Shown here piece after piece: positions 44,934-52,540 of a stretch of 64,000 nucleotides of DNA. Each line of letters starts with the position of its first letter. Position 1 is the stretch's first letter. The notes beneath the pieces were generated by a model. That model was not told where the DNA came from. It made no database searches and worked only from the letters and a program-made list of their open reading frames with translations. Both the position numbers and the translations under genes were made by a program. This stretch comes from Acidobacteriota bacterium (lineage in GTDB: Bacteria > Acidobacteriota > Vicinamibacteria > Vicinamibacterales > UBA2999), in the NCBI GenBank assembly GCA_016871195.1, contig VFZN01000003.1, positions 1,902 to 65,901 of the forward strand, in the 5' to 3' direction.

Positions 44934-46940
44934 ATGTTCCGTGGCATCGTCGTCGTTCTGTTGGCTGGGGGCGGTGTCGTGACCGGAAGTGTCGGAGCGC
45001 GGGCCCAGGCCGACGTGCCCCGCGACGACGCGCTGGCGCGTCTGGCGGCCTCCTCGACGTTGGTCATCAGGGGACGGGTGCAGGGAGTCGAGGCCAGCGT
45101 CCACAACCGCGTGGTCTACACCTACTCTACCGTCGCCGTCGACGAGGTATTGAAGGGGGCACATGGGATGGGCGCCACCCCTTCACTGGTTGTCAAGACC
45201 CTGGGGGGCTCCACCGACGGTCTGGTGCTGCACGTGGCAGACAGCCCGGCCCTATCGAGTGGGGACGAAGCCGTGTTGTTCCTGGCACCGCGTCCAGGAG
45301 ACGGAACGCTCTATCCGATTGGCCTCAGCGCGGGTGTCTGGCCCGTTCGCCTCGACCTCACAGGACGGGGGCACCAGGTCGGACACGGCGCCTGGCAAGG
45401 GCCGCTGGACGAGGCCTTCCGCTCCCGCATTGCCGCGTTGCCGCCCACCGACGCACCATACACGGTCATGCCACCCGAGTGGCCCCCAGCCGTCCATTCG
45501 TCCTACGCGCTACTGCCCGAAGCGTCAGGTGGGCCTGCCCGCTGGCATCAGGCCGATGATGGTCGTCCTGTCGTCGTGAATTTCCAGACAGGGGCCTCTA
45601 CCGCCGTGATAGACGGTGCCATGGCGCTCTGGAACGCTGCCGGCTCGGTGCTGTCGCTGCGTCGAGGGTCTGATGGCCTGGCCCCGCTTGATCGCGTCTG
45701 TGCGGGATTCACCGGCAGTGGCACGGTCGAACTCTCGTGGGACGGCCTCTGTGAGGAAATTGCGCCAACCGACACCGTGACCGTGGGCATCGGCGGCGGC
45801 TACATGACACCGGGCCGACTGAAGACGGTTGGGACCACCGCCTATGCCGACTTCGTGCAGGGCATCGCCATCCTCAATCCGAATCGTCCGAATGCGGGCA
45901 TGTTCGGCTGCAATGTTGAAGCAGTCGCCCATCTGCTGGGCCACGCCTTCGGCCTCGGTCACTCCGCCGTCGCCACCTCAATCATGGCCGCCGTACCCCG
46001 TGGGTCGTGCGCCAGCGGCATCCCCAAGCTCGCCGCTGACGACCGCGAGGGCATTCGCGCCATCTACGCCGACATCGCCAGCGGAGACACTCGTCCCGAT
46101 GCTCCCACCGCGATTTCGAACACCACCCTCCTGAACACCGTCGTCCTTCAGTGGACGCCTGCCATCACTGGCGGACCTGCACATTCCGACGCGCTCGAAG
46201 CCGCCGAGCGCCCCGGCGGGCCGAACATCCTCACTCCCCCCGTCACCACCACTGAGCGGTCGCTCACGGTTCAAGGGGTGCCCCAAGGTACCTACTACGT
46301 CAGGGTGCACGCCGACAATCCGTTGGGCACCAGCGGCGTCTCGCCCGAGACGGAGGTCGTGGTGGGTCCGTGCACGCTGCCATCGGCACCGACCGGGTTT
46401 GCCGCCACAGTCGACGGACTGCGTGTCGCCTTCACCTGGTCAGCGCCGGCGTCTGGTGTCACGCAGTCCTATCGCCTGTCGGCCGGGACCGCTCCGGGGA
46501 CGTCCGATGCCGCCGTACTTTCCGGACTCACAGACACGTCATTCCACACGGGCGCCCCGGCCGGCAGCTATTACGTCAGGGTCGCCGCGGTCAACAGCTG
46601 CGGCGCGGGCCCGTCCACGCCCGATGCGCTGGTGCAGTTGCGTAGCTGCACGGCGGCGCCCAATCCGCCCACCGGCGTGCGGGCCACCTCGAGTGGCGGC
46701 ACCGTCATCCTGACCTGGGACGCTCCTGTGGCGGGCGAACGTCCCGCACGCTACCGCATCAGGGCCGGGTGGTCGCCGACCGACCTCAGCCTGCTGGGCG
46801 ACAGGATTGTGACCAGTGACAATCGGCCCTCTCTCACGGCCTCAGCAGGCGCGGGCACCTACTACGTGCAGGTCATCAGCACGAACTCGTGTGGCGACAG
46901 CGCGCCCTCGCCAGCGACGCCCATCACAGTCACGCCGTAG
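44934..46940 (+). CDS. secreted matrixin-like (metzincin) domain protein with HLLGH variant zinc motif and three C-terminal FN3-like repeats
   Basis: Signal peptide MFRGIVVVLLAGGGVVTGSVGARAQA (ATG 44934, GAGGA upstream), an about 150-aa beta-rich N-domain, AHLLGHAFGLGHS..SIM..DDREGIRAIY, then 3 x ~91-99 aa repeats. Confidence 0.75.
   Translation: MFRGIVVVLLAGGGVVTGSVGARAQADVPRDDALARLAASSTLVIRGRVQGVEASVHNRVVYTYSTVAVDEVLKGAHGMGATPSLVVKTLGGSTDGLVLHVADSPALSSGDEAVLFLAPRPGDGTLYPIGLSAGVWPVRLDLTGRGHQVGHGAWQGPLDEAFRSRIAALPPTDAPYTVMPPEWPPAVHSSYALLPEASGGPARWHQADDGRPVVVNFQTGASTAVIDGAMALWNAAGSVLSLRRGSDGLAPLDRVCAGFTGSGTVELSWDGLCEEIAPTDTVTVGIGGGYMTPGRLKTVGTTAYADFVQGIAILNPNRPNAGMFGCNVEAVAHLLGHAFGLGHSAVATSIMAAVPRGSCASGIPKLAADDREGIRAIYADIASGDTRPDAPTAISNTTLLNTVVLQWTPAITGGPAHSDALEAAERPGGPNILTPPVTTTERSLTVQGVPQGTYYVRVHADNPLGTSGVSPETEVVVGPCTLPSAPTGFAATVDGLRVAFTWSAPASGVTQSYRLSAGTAPGTSDAAVLSGLTDTSFHTGAPAGSYYVRVAAVNSCGAGPSTPDALVQLRSCTAAPNPPTGVRATSSGGTVILTWDAPVAGERPARYRIRAGWSPTDLSLLGDRIVTSDNRPSLTASAGAGTYYVQVISTNSCGDSAPSPATPITVTP
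46095..46937 (+). repeat. three tandem FN3-like coding repeats (46095-46367, 46368-46640, 46641-46937)
   Basis: Each unit contains P..P[TS]..........[LV].W..P and G[TS]YYV[RQ]V...N..G.[SG]. Units 2 and 3 carry a Cys near the start (PCTLP / SCTAAP) and in NSCG. Confidence 0.7.
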
Positions 46941-46958
46941 CGCAGTGTTCGCGGCGGC

Positions 46959-48014
46959 TTACGGCAACCAGGCGTGCATCGTGTATTCCGTGCGGATGTA
47001 GCGGAACCCGACCGTCTCGTACAGTCGCACCGTCGCGATGTTGTGGTTCTGCGTCTGGGTTTCGCTCGCATCGCCGCGCTCATAGTGATCAATTGCGAGA
47101 CGACGCAGCAGCCCCGCGTAGGCGCCAGGAGCATCGCGACGGCAGGCCCCAAGACTGCCTACCCAGAGCCGCGTGCCTCCCACCGACGACAACGGCTCGA
47201 GCAGGCGGGAACTCGCCCATCCGTAGATATGCCCCTGCCCATCGTCGGCCACCACCATACGGTCAGCCATGCGCCCGGCGCAGCACTGCCGCGCCCACTC
47301 GACATAGAACGCATCGGCACGGTCTGTGGGCAGATGTGGATCGAGATGGAAACGTCCTCGGAATCCGCGATACGCGTCGGCCGTCAGGGCCAGCACCTGC
47401 GCTTCGTCCGAGGGTGCGTACCAGCGGACCTGACCAATCTCGCGCACGACCGGAGGCACATCGCGGTGCGGATGCGTGTAGTACGTCACGAGCGCATCGA
47501 CCAGGCGGAACCCCGCGTCCTCGAGCAGGCCCACCGCGCGCACATCGGCCGCATCGAGCTTGGCGGTCACGTGCCGCACGCCCTGCCCCCGCAGGTGGGC
47601 CAGCGCCACGCGGATCGCGTCGGCGAGCGTCGTGTTCGGCAGGGCCTCGTCGCTGAATACTCCGTCGAGTCGGCCCATCGGCACGCCGAAAAACTCGGAA
47701 TCCCACATCAGCGGGCGCCCGGTCACCACGGCCTCAGCCTCGTCGGACGCGGTTGCGACAGCGAACCCTCCGGTGCCAGCAAGGGTGCGCTCGAGCTCGA
47801 CCTGCTGAATGGCCAGTTGTCGGGCCCGCGACCACACGCGGTGGTGGCGATAGGGCTTGTAGGGATAGCGGGCCGCAATCGACACGGCCAGAGGCGCCTC
47901 GTCAGGCGTCAGCACTCGAGCAGTCACGCCCCAATCATCACACAGCTGTTTGCTATAGTACGTTCCGATGACTGCGAGAACGCTTGCGCTGGCATACGAC
48001 GAGGAAACGGTCAC
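46959..48014 (-). CDS. WecD-like GNAT acyltransferase (dTDP-4-amino-4,6-dideoxy-sugar N-acyltransferase family)
   Basis: From LMWDSEFFGVPMGRLDG onward it is collinear with the E. coli WecD layout as I recall it (LTWENAFFG .. LGFSLVEGEVDL .. RFRAPWY .. TQMGNTAA..Y). The start is uncertain: the first ~35 codons of the ORF have low GC3 and overlap the divergent gene. GTG codons at 47729/47726 or 47915 are alternatives. Confidence 0.75.
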   Translation of the reverse strand: MTVSSSYASASVLAVIGTYYSKQLCDDWGVTARVLTPDEAPLAVSIAARYPYKPYRHHRVWSRARQLAIQQVELERTLAGTGGFAVATASDEAEAVVTGRPLMWDSEFFGVPMGRLDGVFSDEALPNTTLADAIRVALAHLRGQGVRHVTAKLDAADVRAVGLLEDAGFRLVDALVTYYTHPHRDVPPVVREIGQVRWYAPSDEAQVLALTADAYRGFRGRFHLDPHLPTDRADAFYVEWARQCCAGRMADRMVVADDGQGHIYGWASSRLLEPLSSVGGTRLWVGSLGACRRDAPGAYAGLLRRLAIDHYERGDASETQTQNHNIATVRLYETVGFRYIRTEYTMHAWLP

Positions 48015-48804
48015 CTTCCGTATTGAGGGCCAGACGGGATGGGGTGCCCCCTCCGTGCTGCTCGACCACGACGATGACCTGACCGCCGGTCGGCCGTGGT
48101 CGGCGCAGGGCTATACGGTCGAACCCTTCCTGCATCCGCACGAGTATCAGCGGCTGGTGGACGGCATCCGAACCCTGCTGGTCAGGCGCATCGCCTCGGC
48201 CGACCTGCCTGTGCCCGCTGATTTTTCGATGGAGCGCTACCACGACACCGTCGCCACAGACGAAGCGCACACCCATGTCAGCGCGCAGGGACCGTGGTGT
48301 CTCCCCCTCGCAGATCTGCCGGTGCCGGTCGAGGCGATCAGCCAACGCATCAGCGAAATCCTGGGGGTGCGCGTCTCGGTGACGCCCCCGCATCGCGAAT
48401 TTCCCGAGCACTTCTGCTTCCGTGTGGTCAGGCCCCGGAGCCGCGACAACAATCCCCCGCACCGTGATGTGTGGCTCGATCGCCTCCGGCACGCGGTGAA
48501 CATCTATGTGCCGCTGGCGGGCAGTTCCCCGCGGTCATCGCTGCCGGTCGTCACCGGTTCACACCGCTGGGCGGAATCAGAGATCGAGCGAACACTGGAC
48601 GGCGCGCAGGTGAACGGCATCTCCTTCACCGTCCCATCCGTCGTGGGCGCCGCATATCCGATGACGCTGACGCGCCCCGACCCGAAGGCGAATGAGGTGC
48701 TGGTGTTCTCTCCATATCTCATCCACGGGGGTGCGTTTAATCAGCAGACAGACTGCACCAGGGTGTCACTCGAAATGCGGTTCTGGCGGATCCCGCAGGC
48801 ATGA
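47968..48804 (+). CDS. PhyH-type Fe(II)/2-oxoglutarate-dependent oxygenase
   Basis: PPHRDVW (HxD), ..VNIYVPLAG....LPVVTGSHRW and ..VLVFSPYLIHGG..N......RVSLEMRF match the phytanoyl-CoA dioxygenase family pattern. Confidence 0.7.
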   Translation: MTARTLALAYDEETVTFRIEGQTGWGAPSVLLDHDDDLTAGRPWSAQGYTVEPFLHPHEYQRLVDGIRTLLVRRIASADLPVPADFSMERYHDTVATDEAHTHVSAQGPWCLPLADLPVPVEAISQRISEILGVRVSVTPPHREFPEHFCFRVVRPRSRDNNPPHRDVWLDRLRHAVNIYVPLAGSSPRSSLPVVTGSHRWAESEIERTLDGAQVNGISFTVPSVVGAAYPMTLTRPDPKANEVLVFSPYLIHGGAFNQQTDCTRVSLEMRFWRIPQA

Positions 48805-49733
48805 GCACGCTGGCGGTCGTCATTCCCGTCTATCAGGCTGAGCACACCCTGCAGCCGCTGCTGTCGGAGCTGTGTCCGGTGCTCGAGGGTGTGTCGCCCG
48901 ACTGGCAGATCTGGCTCGTCGATGATGCCAGCCGCGATGGCAGTTGGGCCGAGGTGACCCGGGCCGCGCAGGCCGACCCGCGCATCCGGGGGCTGCGACT
49001 CATCCGGAACTTTGGCGAACATGTCGCCATCACGGCGGGCCTCGATCGGGTCGATGCCGACCACGTGGTCATCATGGCGTGCGACCAGCAGGACGACCCG
49101 ACGGCCATTCCGAGCATGCTCGAGGCCGCGCGCGCAGGGGCTGCCCTCGTCCTCGTGCGCAGGCGACGCCGGCAGGATGCCTGGATCAAACGTCTGTTTG
49201 CCCGCGCGTTCTACGCCACCATCTCGCGGCTCGTCAGCGTCAACTACGACTATCGTGTCGGCAACTATCGGCTGCTGACGCGTCGTGCGCTGCAGTACTT
49301 CAACGCGCATCGCGAACGCACGCGTAACGTCAACGCGATCATGGCGCTGATGAACGTGGCCACAGCATATGTCGACGTGGCGCATCGCCCGCGCAGTCAC
49401 GGGCGCAGCACCTATTCATTCGGCAAGTCGGCGCGCATGGCGGCGTCGGTGACCGTGGGTTACTCCGACTTACCGCTGCTGCTGCCGGCCGCGCTGGGCG
49501 TCGTGCTGGTGGCGCTGGCCACTGGCTGGTCGCTGCCGTGGGCGCTCGGCATCTCGGCACCCGAGTCTGATCTCAGCATCGTGCTGGCGGCGGTGGGCGG
49601 TGTCGGTGGGTTGCTGCTGCTGAATCTGGGTGTGGTGGGCGCCTATCTGGGACGTGCCGCACGCGACGCCAAGAAACGGCCTATCTATTTCGTCGGGGAC
49701 AGCACGACCGAGACGCCTCGGGCGCCTCACTGA
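48801..49733 (+). CDS. family-2 glycosyltransferase, polyprenyl-phosphate sugar transferase type (ArnC/GtrB/DPM1-like) with two C-terminal TM helices
   Basis: AVVIPVYQAE...WLVDDASRDGS..IRNFGEHVAITAGL..MACDQQDDP, then TM helices LPLLLPAALGVVLVALATGW and ..VGGVGGLLLLNLGVVGAYLG. 4-nt overlap with the oxygenase gene. Confidence 0.85.
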   Translation: MSTLAVVIPVYQAEHTLQPLLSELCPVLEGVSPDWQIWLVDDASRDGSWAEVTRAAQADPRIRGLRLIRNFGEHVAITAGLDRVDADHVVIMACDQQDDPTAIPSMLEAARAGAALVLVRRRRRQDAWIKRLFARAFYATISRLVSVNYDYRVGNYRLLTRRALQYFNAHRERTRNVNAIMALMNVATAYVDVAHRPRSHGRSTYSFGKSARMAASVTVGYSDLPLLLPAALGVVLVALATGWSLPWALGISAPESDLSIVLAAVGGVGGLLLLNLGVVGAYLGRAARDAKKRPIYFVGDSTTETPRAPH

Positions 49734-49814
49734 CGAGGGACCGCGAAGATCCCCCGTCTCGAGCGTCGTCGCCCGGGGACGCCGCTGTGGTGTAAGATAC
49801 GAAGGTTCTGAAGT

Positions 49815-49890
<76 letters not shown>

Positions 49891-50570
49891 CTTCCCTGTC
49901 TGTCCTTTCCCTTCCACGAGGCCGCGGCGGCGTCCGTCCCTTCGAGCCCGGGCACGGGTATCTCCGAGCATCGGCTGCGCCCTGTGCGTCTGGCCTCGTG
50001 GCCCTCGCCGGCCCATGCTGGTGGCGCTCATTCAGGATGGCGCAGTGATGCGGCACCGGCGGCATCAGGTGCGGCTGCTGCCCTCCGTCCTGCCGGAGAT
50101 GCGGCCCTGGCGCGCCCCGCGTCCCTTCACAGCCACCGTGGCGACTGGCGGCGTCCCCCTGTGGAGTTCCGGCTGTTGAAAGGCCTACCGGTCGCTGAAT
50201 CGGTTCAGGAGTCGAACGTAAACCGACCGGGGAGCGGACCGCACGACCAGGCAGGACCACTGATTGAGTGTGTCGTGTGCCACCGACGGTGCGGCGATGC
50301 GCGTGTGGCTCGGGAACGCACCACCGTCCCGCGGTGCCGTGTGTGCGGAGTCCGCCAGTGACTGACACCTTCGGTGGTGCTCCAGCTGGGCCTGCGGGAG
50401 TGTCGCTGCGGCCCGCCGGGGGTGAGGACGCGTGTGGCGCCCCTGGCGAGGACGGGCCCCTGCACCGCTTCCCTCGTGTGCAGGGTGGCTTCCTGAAGCT
50501 CCAGAAGACCACGGGGCGCCTCACGCTCGCATACGGCGACGTGAATGGCGCCCCGGTGTATCAGGTCGCG

Positions 50571-52025
50571 TTATCGGCCGGACTGGGCGACCGACTTTTG
50601 CAGGTGGCTGCGGCTGGCGCTGTAGGTGAAGTAGATCACCAGACCAAAGGACATCCAGGCCATGAACGCCATCCACGTGAGCGAATCGAGCGAGTACATC
50701 AGCGCGAAGTTCGCCAGCACGCCGAGTGCAGGGATGAGCGGCACCATCGGAGTACGGAATGGCCGCGCCAGATCCGGCCGCGTGCGGCGCAGCACGATCA
50801 CGCCGACGCAGACCACGATAAAGGCGCACAGCGTCCCGATGCTGGTCAGATTGCCCAGCAGGCTGATCGGCGTAAAGCCCGCCAGCAGGCCGACAAATAC
50901 CAACAGGATCAGATTGGACTTGTAAGGAGTGCGAAGGGTGGGGTGAATCTCGGAAAACGTCTGGGGCAGCAAACCGTCCTTTGACATGGAATAGAACACG
51001 CGGGACTGGCCGAACAGCATGGCCAGCATCACGGTGGTCAACCCCAGGAGCGACCCGAGCTTCATCCAGAATCCCAGCCACGGCAGGCCGGTCATACGGT
51101 CGACGGCGAGGGCGTAGGGCGCGGCGACATTCAGTTCCGTGTAGTTGACGATGCCGGTCAGCACCAGGGCATACATGATGTAGAGGATGGTGCACACCGC
51201 CAGAGAGCCGATGATGCCGATGGGCATGTCGCGCTTGGGGTTCTTGGCCTCCTGCGCGGCAGTGGAGACCGCGTCAAAGCCGATGTAGGCGAAGAAGATG
51301 GTGCCAGCGGCGCTCATCACGCCGGTCCAGCCGAATTTACCGAACTCGCCGGTGGTGTTCTCGGGCAGGAAGGGCGTGTAGTTGCCGGTGTTGATGTAGC
51401 TGTAGCCCAGCACGATGAAGGCGACGACGACGGTGAGCTTGACGGCGACCACAATGGAATTGAAGCGGGCCGATTCCTGCACACCGCGAATCAGGATCGC
51501 GGTGATCACCACGATGATGAAGACCGCTGGCATGTTCACTAGGCCGGGGATCGCATCCCAGGGCGACGCCAGAAACTGCTGCGGGAGCGTGATGCCCAAC
51601 GACTGCAGGATCGACACCATGGTGCCCGACCACCCGACCGACACGGTCGCCGCGCCAACGGCGTATTCCAGCACGAGCGCCCAGCCGATGATCCAGGCCA
51701 CCAGTTCCCCCAGCGTCGCGTACGAGTACGAGTAGGCGGAGCCGGCGATGGGAATCATGGTCGAGAATTCGCTGTAGCACAGCCCGGCCAACGCGCAGCC
51801 AATGGCGGCCAGAATGAACGAATACACGACGGCGGGTCCCGCGTGATTGGCAGCCGCGGTGCCGGCCAGCACAAAGATGCCCGCGCCCACCACCGCACCG
51901 ATGCCGAGGGACACCAGCTGCATCGCGCCCAGCGTGCGTTTCAGTTCACTGGTGCCGCTGCCATGGGAGCCGTCGCCGCCTTCGGCAATCAATTGATCTA
52001 TCGACTTTGTCGCAAATAGATTCAT
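50571..52025 (-). CDS. APC-superfamily amino acid permease (cationic amino acid transporter-like)
   Basis: 12-14 TM protein. ..LKRTLGAMQLVSLGIGAVVGAGIFVLAG..YSEFSTMIPIAGSAYSYSY.. is typical of APC/CAT permeases. Confidence 0.9.
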   Translation of the reverse strand: MNLFATKSIDQLIAEGGDGSHGSGTSELKRTLGAMQLVSLGIGAVVGAGIFVLAGTAAANHAGPAVVYSFILAAIGCALAGLCYSEFSTMIPIAGSAYSYSYATLGELVAWIIGWALVLEYAVGAATVSVGWSGTMVSILQSLGITLPQQFLASPWDAIPGLVNMPAVFIIVVITAILIRGVQESARFNSIVVAVKLTVVVAFIVLGYSYINTGNYTPFLPENTTGEFGKFGWTGVMSAAGTIFFAYIGFDAVSTAAQEAKNPKRDMPIGIIGSLAVCTILYIMYALVLTGIVNYTELNVAAPYALAVDRMTGLPWLGFWMKLGSLLGLTTVMLAMLFGQSRVFYSMSKDGLLPQTFSEIHPTLRTPYKSNLILLVFVGLLAGFTPISLLGNLTSIGTLCAFIVVCVGVIVLRRTRPDLARPFRTPMVPLIPALGVLANFALMYSLDSLTWMAFMAWMSFGLVIYFTYSASRSHLQKSVAQSGR

Positions 52026-52102
52026 TCCGTAACCTCTTTCCCACAGCTTCTCTGAACGTAAAAGATTGGCAGTCTCAGTAGAACGATGACCAAGCCGAGC
52101 TA

Positions 52103-52129
52103 AGTATAGCTGGACTTACAAACCAACAA
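52103..52129 (-). promoter_or_regulatory. possible promoter (minus strand TTGTTG-N15-TATACT) for the permease gene
   Basis: This is the only AT-rich patch in the 0.5-kb spacer, about 75 nt upstream of ATG 52025. The spacer length is suboptimal, so this is a weak call. Confidence 0.2.
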
Positions 52130-52540
52130 TACCCGTTCGAGGGCGGGTTCCGCCGCCACGTCGATCGCCGGCCCGGCCGGGTACCCGACGGCTCGCTACG
52201 GCTGGGGCCCATGCTGACGCCGTCGCCGAAACGGCGTCGGGATGATCGAGGCAGCGTCCTCCTCAGATGCGCCCGCTTGCCCCGAGGCACTGGACCTGCG
52301 GCGACGGAATTTGGGGGCCGTGAGGTCGACCAGTGCCACATCCCTGAAGAACATGCCGTCCAGCACCACGGCAGGGCCAACGTGGTCTGGCGGGCCCAGC
52401 CGGCTCCTGGTGTCGACACACGCAGTCCATCAGCGGGGCGACCGCTCCTGCGGCCTCTGCCCCGTTGCCACAACAGTCGTGGCCGCCTCTCTCGGCGCAT
52501 GTGCACCCCGAACGATCAACGGACGCGGCAACAGCGCCTG

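Noticed and set aside
44934-45480. N-terminal ~150-aa domain of the metzincin-like protein as a TIMP/NTR-like inhibitor module.
   Set aside because: The pattern (..LVIRGRVQGVEASV..YTYSTVAVDEVLKG..GDEAVLFLAP..) is reminiscent of OB-fold modules. It lacks the N-terminal Cys and disulfide pattern that defines TIMP/NTR domains, so the idea is too speculative without a structure search.
45933-45935. HLLGH as a sequencing error of HELGH.
   Set aside because: Leu CTG to Glu GAG/GAA requires two adjacent substitutions, and the frame is intact on both sides. It is still listed as a refutation test.
49984-50361. 125-aa ORF ending ..ECVVCHRRCG..PRCRVCGVRQ (zinc-ribbon-like CxxC..CxxC) downstream of tRNA-Ala.
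   Set aside because: Third-position GC counted by hand is only about the bulk level (many T/A-ending codons). The N-terminal two-thirds is Ala/Arg/Pro-rich, and there is no SD. The Cys pattern alone is insufficient. It is kept only as part of the unexplained-spacer finding.
49891-50570. Known housekeeping ncRNA (RNase P RNA, tmRNA, SRP/4.5S, 6S) in the long spacer.
   Set aside because: I looked for the signatures I know and found none on either strand. These were GGAAAGTCCGGGC / ACAGAAA..ACCGCC for RNase P, the tRNA-like GGGG..TCCACCA ends plus a tag ORF for tmRNA, and GGTCCGGAAGGAAGCAGCC for SRP. A covariance-model scan is still needed.
52196-52369. 57-codon minus-strand frame (VVLDGMFFRDVALVDLTAPKFRRRRSS..PFRRRRQHGPQP) in the permease/MFS spacer.
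   Set aside because: GC3 is fairly high, but there is no SD. The product is low-complexity, and one Arg run is simply the translated arm of a hairpin. The evidence is not enough to call a CDS.
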